The notes: generated by a model not told the origin, from the letters alone. A stretch of 63,644 bases of DNA, filler included, from Olpidium bornovanus S191 (GCA_017911155.1; 27 parts of 27 records of this genome joined end to end with filler, not necessarily neighbours in it); one strand, 5' to 3'; positions 51,608 through 61,748 are shown, numbered from the whole stretch's first letter. Translations and numbers: made by a program.

Positions 51608-52687
51608 GTGCGGTACTGCAGCATAAAGACCAGGAAATTCGAGCTTTGCCCTGTTTGTTACTTGGAAGGGCGCTTCCCGTCTACGATGTTTAGTGGAGAC
51701 TTCATAAAGGCAGAGGACACCGGCGCGACTTCCCGCTTTAGGCAGGCAGACGGGTCCACGGCGGATTGGACGGACGAGGAGTTGTACCTTCTGCTAGAGG
51801 GAATTGAAAACTTCGAGGACGACTGGAACCGCATTGCTGACCACGTCGGCACCCGCACCCGGGAGCAGTGCATAACGCACTTCCTCCAAATGAACATTGA
51901 AGATCCGTACCTTGAGAATACGCCCGAGTCAATTGGCCCTATGCAGCACGACCGCGCGCCGTTCAGCCAAGCGGATAATCCCGTAATGTCTGTTGTAGCC
52001 TTCCTCGCCTCAGTCGTCAACCCGGGCGTTGCCGCCGCAGCGGCCCAGTGCGCAATCCGCGAACTTACGGGCGCGGCGTCCGCGGCGGCGACGGCGGAGT
52101 CAGAAACTCAGTCTGTGGCCAGGGGAAACACGCCCTCCAAAGCGCGTGGCGAGTTCACCGACGTGGAAAACTCTGTCCCCGTGAAGAAGAAAGACGAAAG
52201 TTTTTCTGCGGCAGAGTTGCCGCCGGGACTCTCCAGAACCAACCTCCAGAAAGCCGCCTACGCAGCCCTGGGTGCCGCAGCGGCCAAGGCGAAGGTGCTG
52301 GCCGACTACGAGGAGAAAGAGATGAAGCGGCTTGTCCATATGGTCATCGAATCGCAGATGAAGAAGCTTGAGCTCAAAATGGAACAGTTCGCTGAGATGG
52401 AGGCCGTCCTCGAGGGTGAGCGGCGCGAAGTCGAGCGCCAACGGGAAGCGCTTTACGCCGAGCGCCTCAGCCTCAAGAAGGCCGTCAGCGCCCTTGACGA
52501 ACGCGCTGCTGCGGCAGCTGCCGCCGTCGCTGCTGGAGGTCTGTTTTCGACACCGAATGTTTCGGCGGCACCCGCTACCGCCACGCAGGACCCACCACTG
52601 GCTGCTGGCGGCCTGCAACCGCCGGATATCGCCGGCGCAGCAGTCGGGGTGACGTACGGTGAACAACAGAAGGGAGGCAATTCGTAG
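51608..52687 (+). CDS. RSC8: SWI/SNF-RSC core subunit Rsc8/Swi3 (SMARCC family), C-terminal part
   Basis: ZZ-like LCPVCYLEGRFP; SANT WTDEELYLLLEGIENFEDDWNRIADHVGTRTREQCITHFLQM; PFSQADNPVMSVVAFLASVV; AAAKAKVLADYEEKEMKRLV...KKLELK coiled coil. Confidence 0.93.
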   Translation: MRYCSIKTRKFELCPVCYLEGRFPSTMFSGDFIKAEDTGATSRFRQADGSTADWTDEELYLLLEGIENFEDDWNRIADHVGTRTREQCITHFLQMNIEDPYLENTPESIGPMQHDRAPFSQADNPVMSVVAFLASVVNPGVAAAAAQCAIRELTGAASAAATAESETQSVARGNTPSKARGEFTDVENSVPVKKKDESFSAAELPPGLSRTNLQKAAYAALGAAAAKAKVLADYEEKEMKRLVHMVIESQMKKLELKMEQFAEMEAVLEGERREVERQREALYAERLSLKKAVSALDERAAAAAAAVAAGGLFSTPNVSAAPATATQDPPLAAGGLQPPDIAGAAVGVTYGEQQKGGNS

Positions 52688-53888
52688 CGCTGGCACGGAC
52701 GGTTGGTGCAGACAATTTGCCAGACTGCGGAAAAATCCTGACGTGAGCGTCGTGAGGAGGTTGAAGCCTGCTGAGTTTTCAGCGACGGTTCTGGATGACA
52801 TTTTACGGCTTTAACGGTGCGCATTCCGCCCGTTGATCGACCATACGAAAAGCAGCTTTTGGTCAACTATTCCTCTTCCAGGCTATGAAATTCAGCATGC
52901 CTTCACGTTGTGACTGCCCATCGGCGGGCCAAACCACAACATTGTGTGTGTCAGTACGGATGGCGCAAACGTTTGATGATCACTATTTATGGTTAGCGAG
53001 ATCCCGGTACTGCGGCCCCTGGACCAATCGTTGTAATGGATTATCGACAGTTCTTTTTGCACGCCCATTGACTATCGTGCATTGGACCGACGCACTTGTG
53101 TCCGGCTCGAATGCTCGGGTCATCCACGGTAATAAACATTCTCCGTTGGACGGGTCGAAGTCACAATAGAGCTTATGGCACCCAAAATTCCCCCAAACCA
53201 AAATTCGGTGTTGCGGCCTTTTTTCGATGTGTTCAGTGTTCAGTGCGGGAGGGTTTTTTTGCTGCTCTGCTGCGTGACCTGTCTGGGCCTCAATTTGATC
53301 TCCGTCCTGCACCAGCGGCGCGCCTCACCCAAAGTCCTCCACGGCGTCTCGGCAAACCATGAGAAATGCGCATTACGTGCAGTCAGGGTGAATGCCTATG
53401 GTCATCGCGCAGGGGCGAGGGAGAGGCACCGAACATCAGGGCTGCTCAAATTTCAGCTTTCAACAGCAGAATTTGGCANNNNNNNNNNNNNNNNNNNNNN
53501 NNNNNNNNNNNNNNNNNNNNNNTTAATTAATTAANNNNNNNNNNNNNNNNNNNNNNNNNNNNNNNNNNNNNNNNNNNNCCCCCCCCCTCTCCCTTTCCGT
53601 CCGTCAGTCCCTGTTCCGCCCTTCGCGAATTCCCCCAGGGGGCCCCGCGTTGCGCATCCTATTTCGTTTCATCTTTTTTGTTTCGTTTCCTTTTCCGTTT
53701 TCCCTCTCTCTCACTCTCTCTCCCTTTCCCCCGCCTCCCGACAACCCCCCCCCCCACCATCCTCACCCATTACTTCCCGTTCACACCTCTCGCTCTGCCT
53801 TTCGGCAGATCAGCTAAGAGAACCCTGAAAAAAAGCCCCCCCCCCACCTTGTCGACCTGCGTATAAACCTACCCTAGGGAAAGCCGTT

Positions 53889-54971
53889 ATGCTTGAGTGC
53901 TGCAGGTTGCTGCTGCTAGCAGTCGCGGCGCTGGCCGCGATCGGCGGCGCCGTTGGTTCAGAAGAGGCGGCCGTGTCGGTGAGCATCAGGTTCTCGCCGG
54001 ATGCGCCCGGGCCGCCAATCCTCGTCGCGAAACGCTCCGTCGGGTTCGAGCGGGCAGCAGAGCTGCCCGAGCGGGCCGATCGCCGAGCGCTGCAGAAACG
54101 CAGGGCGGTCGACGGCGCCGGCCGGTCCCGGCTCGAGAGGCGCCAGGAGTCGGCCCCGACGTTCATCGGCGAGCCAAGGCTGGACGTCCTGCTCGGCAAG
54201 CGGGACGAAAAGCCCGCCGCCTCCAGCCGCCTGGAGAAACGCCAGGAGTCAGGCCCGACGCTCATCGGCGAGCCCCGGCTGCACGTTCTGCTCGGCAAGC
54301 GGGACGTAGAGCCCGCCGCTTCCAGCCGCCTGGAGAAGCGCCAGGAGTCGACCCCGGCGCTCATCGGCGAGCCCCGGCTGCACGTTCTGCTCGGGAAGCG
54401 GGACGAAGAGCCCGCCGCTTCCAGCCGCCTGGAGAAGCGCCAGGAGTTGACGCCGACGCTCATCGGCGAGCCAAGGCTGCACGTCTTGCTCGGCAAGCGG
54501 GACGAAAAGCCCGCCGCCTTCAGCCGCCTGGAGAAACGCCAGGAGTCGACCCCGACGCTTATCGGCGAGCCCCGGCTGCACGTTCTGCTCGGCAAGCGGG
54601 ACGAAGAGCCCGCCGCTTCCAGCCGCCTGGAGAAGCGCCAGGAGTCGACGCCGACGCTCATCGGCGAACCCAGAATGCACGTTTTGCTCGGCAAGCGGGA
54701 CGGGTCCGGGCCCCGGCTGCGGAAGCGGAACTCTGCCGCCAAGTCGCCCAAGAAGGCTCCCGCTACCGCTTCTGCCCAGAATGAGGGCGGCATCCTGTCG
54801 CCCATCCAGTTTAGGCCTTACGCGCTGGAGCTATCCATGCCCTTCAGCGTGGCCGGCCTGGCCCTGACTTTCACCGTCTTCTTCCTCATGCTCCGCGGGT
54901 CAGCGGCGATCGACGACCGAGCCCGCGCCGCGATGCAGAAGTCAGCCATCCAAATGGACTGGAAAGCATAA
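53889..54971 (+). CDS. Kex2-processed repeat peptide precursor (prohormone-like): signal peptide, 6 core peptides, 5 spacers, C-terminal TM helix
   Basis: Signal MLECCRLLLLAVAALAAIGGAVG; units (K/R)R-QExxPxxIGEPRxxVLLG-KR-DxxPAAxSRLE; hydrophobic FSVAGLALTFTVFFLML near the C-terminus; uninterrupted 360-codon ORF. Confidence 0.9.
   Translation: MLECCRLLLLAVAALAAIGGAVGSEEAAVSVSIRFSPDAPGPPILVAKRSVGFERAAELPERADRRALQKRRAVDGAGRSRLERRQESAPTFIGEPRLDVLLGKRDEKPAASSRLEKRQESGPTLIGEPRLHVLLGKRDVEPAASSRLEKRQESTPALIGEPRLHVLLGKRDEEPAASSRLEKRQELTPTLIGEPRLHVLLGKRDEKPAAFSRLEKRQESTPTLIGEPRLHVLLGKRDEEPAASSRLEKRQESTPTLIGEPRMHVLLGKRDGSGPRLRKRNSAAKSPKKAPATASAQNEGGILSPIQFRPYALELSMPFSVAGLALTFTVFFLMLRGSAAIDDRARAAMQKSAIQMDWKA
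54144..54698 (+). repeat. 99-nt coding tandem repeat, 6 cores
   Basis: Gln codons of the cores at 54144, 54243, 54342, 54441, 54540 and 54639 (exact 99-nt period). Confidence 0.97.
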
Positions 54972-55432
54972 ACATTTTTTTCCAGTCCAGCCCCTTCCCC
55001 CTTCCTTCCTTCCATCACCTGCCATCAGGCAAAACCGAATTTCGCCATTAACGGAATCAAGGAATCGTGATAGAAAAAAGCCCCCGTGCTCCCCCATCAA
55101 ACTGTCGAATCATCACAATTTTTTGTTTGTATACCATCATTTTTCAATATAATGGGGCTGAACGCACTGCCGGGGAACGGCGCCGGGCTTCTGAAATAAT
55201 TTTCCTGACAACATGAAATTTTCTGAACGCACTGCGGCCAGGGTTGGCCAGAGTTGGTCGGTTACAGGTGGGGCCTGCCGTCACCCCCTGCGCTCGCACT
55301 GGTGCACACTGCCACAGCTACTCCTACAGCGCNNNNNNNNNNNNNNNNNNNNNNNNNNNNNNNNNNNNNNNNNNNNTTAATTAATTAANNNNNNNNNNNN
55401 NNNNNNNNNNNNNNNNNNNNNNNNNNNNNNNN

Positions 55433-55477
<45 letters not shown>

Positions 55478-56284
55478 GACCGAGCGGCGGGTTTCTGCGC
55501 GCTCCGCATTTTCCTTTTTTTGTTTCTTTTTTTTTTTGGACCGCGTCGGGATGACAGCGCGTAAAACGTTAGGAGTCCGCAGAGGGTGCCGCGTGACGGT
55601 CACGCGGGCCGGGAGCGGCGTGCCATTTTTGGACGAGGAGAGTTTCCGCGAATTTGCAGGTGCAAAAAAAAAAAAGAAAAAAGCTTTTCTATATCACGTG
55701 TTGAGAGTTGATGGCGATTTTCGAGTGAGAGATTTTCCGTCGGTGACGGGCGGAAAATCTCCGAAACCGCCGCGTTCCGCAGCGTTTCGTTTCGAGGAGT
55801 AAGCTTTCAAACAGGTCGCGGGCGACTTGCCCCGGCCGCGAACACGCCAAAACCAGCGGCCGGCAAGTCTTTTGGGGCTCGAAGTCGAGAGCGTGAGACG
55901 GAGGAGAGGGCGCGGAAGGAGAGAGAACGGGAGGTTTTCCCCCCACGCCGCCGCTTCCATCTTTCACCCCGCCTGCGGGCTGTTTGTTCCCCTGCTGCCG
56001 CCTTGCCCGGCCGCCGCACGCGCACCGCCCCCCGTCTGCGTCCGCTCGGCTACCCCCACGCCCGGACTCGACATTCTGCCGCCGCCGCCGTCATATGGCT
56101 TCCTAGGCTGCGCCGCCACCGCAGGGATCCGCCGTCTGTTCAACCGCGCTTCGGCCGCCGCGACGTCCGCTGTTTTACCCCCTCCATTCGGTGCCGCCTC
56201 CGCCGCGACTGCGCCCAAACGCGCCCGTCTGCTCACTCGCCGGAGGGGACCGCGCGGGATTCTTCGCGCCCCCTTTTGGCGGCG

Positions 56285-57355
56285 ATGGTCGCCGGTGGCC
56301 ACGGTCTGGCCTGCGCCGCCGACCGCCCAGTGGACGCTCTTCTGGGCCTGCTGTCTCGAGGCAAACAAGGGGGAATCTCCGACGACGTGCCGGGCCTGAT
56401 CGTGCTCCCGCCGCCCGCCGGCGCGGCGCGCCGTTGGCCGCGGCGGGCCGGCCAACCGAATCCCCGGCGGAGGGCGAGCTTTGATGCCGGAGTTTCCCGG
56501 CGCACCGCCGCCGACGCCTGCGGGGCGGCCGACCGAACCGACCACGTTCCGCCAGCCGCCGCCGCCGCGGACGCGGCCGAGGTCTCCGGATGGCTCTCCG
56601 AGTTCCGTTCGCTGGCCCCTCCGGCAGCGGGACAAACCGGGCCGGGCGCCGCGGGTGCTTTCGACGCCGCGGCGGCTCCTCCCGCCCCGAGCGCCGCGCC
56701 GGCGCGGGAGTTCGCCGAGATCTGGGAAACGGCGGCGGCCGGGGCCCGGCGAGCGACGCATCCGGCGGAAGGGATCGCCGCAGAGGACTTCAGCGGAGAC
56801 TACGACCCGGAGCACGCGACCGCTTCGTACGTCGAGTCCCGAGGCGGGCCGGCCGCCATACGCCCGGTGTACAGCTGCCTGGTGCCCGCCGCGTCCGCGG
56901 CCCCTCTCTCCGCCGGCCGCGCGCGCGAGTTGTCGGGCCCGCCCCGCGCCGTTCGTCCCGGCGCCGCGGGCGGCGGCGGCGGCGACGGCGGCGGATTCGA
57001 GACGCGAAGGCCGTCGTCGATCCCGCCGCTGCTCAACGCCGGCCTGCAGGGCATCGCCGAGGCGGAGCAGATCCTATTGGGGATGCTTTTCGGGAAAGCG
57101 GAAGGCGGCGGCCGCGGCGCCGACGACGACCGGCCGCCCTCCCCTCCGGTTTGCGGCCGCCGGGCGCTCTGGGACTGGAACCGCGTGTCAAAGGTCGCGG
57201 GGCGCTGCCAGGACGTCGAAGACGCCGCGGCCCGGGCCAAAAGAAACCAGGAGCTGGCGCACACTTCCCGCCGACGGCTGGCGCTGCTGTGGCGCCACAT
57301 GAGCGAGGAGTATTGCACCGTGATATCAAGGGTTTGTCTCGTTAGCGCTGTTTAA
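56285..57355 (+). CDS. Low-complexity protein with Pex5/Pex20-like N-terminal features
   Basis: Cys at residue 10 (GLACAADRPVDALL), a WLSEF (WxxxF) motif, FAEIW, and C-terminal RRRLALLWRHM; no TPR seen. Start codon inferred. Confidence 0.4.
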   Translation: MVAGGHGLACAADRPVDALLGLLSRGKQGGISDDVPGLIVLPPPAGAARRWPRRAGQPNPRRRASFDAGVSRRTAADACGAADRTDHVPPAAAAADAAEVSGWLSEFRSLAPPAAGQTGPGAAGAFDAAAAPPAPSAAPAREFAEIWETAAAGARRATHPAEGIAAEDFSGDYDPEHATASYVESRGGPAAIRPVYSCLVPAASAAPLSAGRARELSGPPRAVRPGAAGGGGGDGGGFETRRPSSIPPLLNAGLQGIAEAEQILLGMLFGKAEGGGRGADDDRPPSPPVCGRRALWDWNRVSKVAGRCQDVEDAAARAKRNQELAHTSRRRLALLWRHMSEEYCTVISRVCLVSAV

Positions 57356-58372
57356 GGAAGCTCCTGTCTACCGATTCTCGTGCGGCCTTTGGGAACCTGC
57401 CCTTTGGCTCGCCGTTTCNNNNNNNNNNNNNNNNNNNNNNNNNNNNNNNNNNNNNNNNNNNNTTAATTAATTAANNNNNNNNNNNNNNNNNNNNNNNNNN
57501 NNNNNNNNNNNNNNNNNNCCCCACGCATTCCCGTACGAACTTCGGACCGCCGGAGGATGAAAAGCAAAAAGAAAAAAAATCGCAAAAAAAAAATGGTGTA
57601 GGAGGTCGGCGTTCAAAAATTTTTTTGCTGTTCTCTCTCGCGTTCCGCCGTTGGAATCCCCTCTCTACACGAAAAGCGCAAACGGTGTCGCGCAGGTCTG
57701 CGAGTTCAGAGTGTTCGCAGATGAAGGACCAACACGAGGACTCACAGGCTTTGGTACCGGTGTTAACGTTAACGCCGTTACGGAATCCCTTCCGAAAGGC
57801 ATTAAACCGGAGAGAGGGACACCTTACCTTGGTCGATTATTTGTCGGCGTGGCGATTTGGGCGGCCTCTTGTTTTCCCTGGCGGCGGACTTTTTTGTCGT
57901 GGACCAGAAGAGGGTGGCGTATGTACGTTCGGACGCGCTTTTTTTGTGCCTTAGGTTCGGCTCAAATTGTCGTCGGCCGCCATTCCAAAGGTTGCCAGAA
58001 ACGCGAATTTCAAATCGTTTTTGGTCCTGTCCGGCGGTCTCACCCGGTTGGGGGGGGGTGGGGGGCGGGGGGGGGGGGGGGGGGGGGGGGGAGAGAGGGG
58101 ATCTGACGCCGCTCCACGAAATGCCGGGCGAAAGCAGCGGCGGGCCGCCTCCCCCCACGGTTTCCGCTTCCACGGCCCCGGCGTCGACTGGACAAGCGGC
58201 GCGGGCGTGTTGCTCACGGCCGTGCGGGCCTGCGGGGGGCCCGTGCACGCGGGGCGGGGGTTTGCTGCCGCCATCAAATCGCGACCGCGGGCGCGCGGCG
58301 GCGGGTCCTCTTCACTCACGCGCTCTCTCGTTCTCTCTCCGCGTCGTTCAACGCGCGGTCGCAGCAGCCGCG

Positions 58373-58408
<36 letters not shown>

Positions 58409-58860
58409 ACGCGCGGCACGCAGCGCGCATGAAACAAAAAAAAAAAACCGACACAAAAAAAAAAAATTCTCCTAAAAAAAACATCCCCCCCTAAACCTCC
58501 TTACCCCCCCTCCCCCCCGCCTCTATCCGGGGCGCCCGCCTCTCTCTCTCGCCCAGAACAAAAACGCGCGCCGCGGCATCGTACCGCTGGGCGGGTGGGG
58601 CGGGGTTGGGTTGTCGCGTTCCGGCGGCTCTAAAAGAAGACCGGCGGCGGCGCGCACGCGGGAAGGGCGACGGCAGGGCAGGGAAGGAAAAACGAAGGGC
58701 AGCCCCCCCGTGCCAGCGATCCTCTTCGGCGCCCGCTCCCGAAAGAGCCCCTCTCCCTCCGCGTTTACGCCGCCCCCGCCGCCTCTCGGCCCCTTCCCCC
58801 CCCCTTCGTCTGACACGACGGCCCCTCCTTCCCGAACCGGGCAAGGATTGGTTAAAAAGC

Positions 58861-60529
58861 ATGCCTTCGCGGACTCAAGGGCACGCCCGCCCGACATCTC
58901 GCCGCCGGCGGCCGCGTGCATGCCGGCCGATCGGAGGAGGGCGCTCGGCGGCCGCGCTGCTGGCAGTGCTGCTCGCCCTCGTCCAACGGCAGGCTGCCGA
59001 GGGCTCCATCGTGAGCGAAGCGAAGACGTGTTTCAAGCCGCTGTCGTACCCGGCCCACCGGTACGGCCCTCTTTCGACTCGCATTACGTCGCCGGGAGAG
59101 AGAGGTACCGCGAAAAACGAATCGCCGCGGGAGGTCCGTCCTCCAGTGGGCACATACGCCTTTCCCCTTGCGCTCATGCCACCCGCGCCCTTTTCCACGG
59201 GGGGCCCTGGGGGACTCCAGGCAATATGAATTGTACGACTGCACGGCCAGCCCCACGACGGAGGCCGCGATAAGCGCGATGCAGACCGCCGCGAACACCT
59301 CCGACGGCATCGTCTTCAACAGCGTGTGCACCGAAACGGCAGCCTGCAGTCGCCTCCAGCCGGCCCTCGACCAGGTCAAGGCCGCCGTCGAGAGCACGAT
59401 CGTATTTGACCCGCCCGTTTACGTCAACATGACCTTCCTCTCCTTTTGCAAAGAAGCCCAGAGTGGGCAGCTGGCGATCGACGCGAACTGCAAGGTAGTG
59501 CTAGGTAACGGGCCACGATGCGTCGTTAAGGAAACATCTTTTTATGTCATTTTTTTTCTTAGTTCGGCTTTTCTGTAAAATTCGACTGAGTGCACCAAGA
59601 TGGTGCTAGTGCGTCGTCGGCCCGATGTGAGGAATTCATCGTGTGTCGTTTTCTTTTATTCTCCGCATTTTCGCCCTTCTTTTTAGGCGCTGCCAGTCCA
59701 TATCTGTTACCGCTGCAGGACGACGACGGCGTCCAACGAATGTACCCGAAGGTTAGAGAAGCGGAGCTGACGACCGGGACCTCCTACGTCCCTGGCACTT
59801 TTGGTTGCTCAGATTTTGGATTCGGTGTACTGCGCCGTATTATTCCGGCCAGGCTCTCGCGAGGCAATGGGGTTACGCGTCGGACGGGGACCCAGACATC
59901 TACGCGTATTTTAATACGTACGTGGGGAGCGGAGAAGGATGGTGGGGCCGGGGAATACAGTGGTATTCTCTTGTCCGGTTAAAATTTCCTTTCCCCAAAC
60001 ATTATACGGAGTGCCCCGTTCACAACTTCCGTCTATTGTTCCCGCCGTTGGCGTTACTTTTCCGTTCCTTGCGTTTTTGGCACGCAGTGACGCGCAATGG
60101 TTTTACCCGCAAGACAAGAATAGCACGCTTGACCAGGAGGACATCGTGTTTGTGATTGGTAAATAGACGATGAACCGATGCAGGCGGATTGCAGAATCGC
60201 CTTCCCTCGCTATCCAGTTTTTTCTTCCGTTTCCGTCATCGCGCCCTTGTCTATGCCGCGGTCTTCTTCTTCTCTCGTCTCCATAATCACTGATATGAAG
60301 TAAAAAAAATTCCTCCAACGAAACAGCCCACGAGTTGCTTCACGGACTGGGTTTCCTTAGCCAGTGGTCGAGCGACGGAACAAAGTTGTATCCGATGGTG
60401 CGCACGGACATGGTCGTTACCCCTTCGCTACTGGCCAATGAAAAGTCTTTGCCGAGGAGGTTTATGGGATTCACGGAATCTGCGTTCGGTGAGTTGCCAA
60501 GATCATTCTGAAAGTGTTCTGCCACGATC
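58861..60529 (+). CDS. Secreted zincin-like metallopeptidase (HELLHGLGF), multi-exon, 3' partial
   Basis: Hydrophobic AAALLAVLLALV; exons YDCTAS...VYVNMTFLSFC, AASPY...RMYP, WFYPQDKNSTLDQEDIVFVI. The phase-1 splice G|CC (60157/60327) joins these to AHELLHGLGFLSQW. Confidence 0.78.
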
Positions 60530-60629
60530 NNNNNNNNNNNNNNNNNNNNNNNNNNNNNNNNNNNNNNNNNNNNTTAATTAATTAANNNNNNNNNNNNNNN
60601 NNNNNNNNNNNNNNNNNNNNNNNNNNNNN

Positions 60630-61136
60630 CATGACAAAATTTTCGATGGCATCTGCAGGATCGTGATAAAGTTGATGAGCATTTGCCTCCCGGGAAAAGC
60701 GGAGCACACTTGTGACACCACCTCCAACCTTGTACTTCGTCACGTTTGTCTGCTCGGACGACCACAGGCCAAAATCGGAGGCGCTGCACGACGCGACCTG
60801 GCCGGTCACTGGGTTGTGAGCGATGGCCTGTATGTGGTCACTGTGGGTGTACTTGAGTACGGCGTCGAGGTTTTGGCTCCATATGATCACGGTTTTGTCT
60901 GCGCCGCCGCTCGCGAACCGGGTACCGTCCGCGGCAAAGTCGACGCAGTAGACGGTGTCCTTATGGCCTTTGAGCGACTGGATAAGCTCGCCGTCGGCCG
61001 TCTTGTATACAAGCACCTGCGCACCCGCGGCTGCCAGCAGCTGCGTGCCGTCCGGCTTGAAGGCCACGCTGTACACGACCTGTGCGACTCCGTCGCGGTC
61101 GTGTATTTTGTCCGACCACGTGGTAAACGTTCGCAT
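60630..61136 (-). CDS. IFT122: Intraflagellar transport protein 122 (IFT-A, WD40), 5' part
   Basis: [10 protein letters not shown]...[22 protein letters not shown]...[39 protein letters not shown]...[33 protein letters not shown] is typical of IFT122. Confidence 0.95.
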
Positions 61137-61717
61137 GGCCGCCGCTGCGGTCTTCAGAGGATCGCCCCGCGTTATGCTAACTCCCGCCTTTGTTACCGGC
61201 TTCAGAGTCCGGAAGGTATGGCCGTCGCGGCGTCGGTGGTGGAACCTGAGATCGCTACGACGATGATCTTTCTTTCGCGTTCAGCGTCGGAAAAGTGCAA
61301 AGTCCGGCAAAGAACTGTTTGGCAGCACTTTTTCAAAACTTTGAGCGCGAAGAGCGCGCGTGACGGGGCCTGCCGCGGCCGCTCTCTGCGTTCTGCGAGA
61401 CAAAAGGTAAGTGGCGACGGGCCGGAGGGTGACAAAAGACGCGGCTTCATGCTGCAAGCACGCGTTATGGAAGGAGCCGACGTACAGGAGAGTCGGTCCA
61501 AAATACGGACGCGAGGACAGGCCGTCACGCGGGACTGCTTGTCCAAGCAGACGCGGAAGGTCAACGGCTGGCAAGTGCTTCGCAGCGCGTCCGCGATGGA
61601 CGCCGCGCTTGCCGGTTTGCGTTTCTGTTGACTTAGCCAGCGATGACAGGAGGTCTAGACGGGGGCAGACAGGCGGTCGCCGCCCTTATCGCAACAAAAT
61701 AACAAAAACGCGTCGCC

Positions 61718-61748
<31 letters not shown>

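Noticed and set aside
54144-54698. 99-nt repeat as a CRISPR array or non-coding satellite
   Set aside because: In-frame coding repeat with synonymous variation and no unique spacers; eukaryotic context.
53810-54805. 331-aa minus-strand repeat ORF and other alternative-frame ORFs over the precursor
   Set aside because: Shadows of a GC-rich coding repeat; only the 53889 frame has a signal peptide and wobble-position variation.
53579-55332. Dikaritin (ustiloxin/asperipin-type) RiPP gene cluster
   Set aside because: Cores lack the Tyr/Trp used for dikaritin ether cross-links, and no DUF3328/UstYa gene is visible. The contig is only 1.75 kb, so neighbours are unknown.
60663-61631. 322-aa plus-strand ORF
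   Set aside because: Antisense shadow of IFT122.
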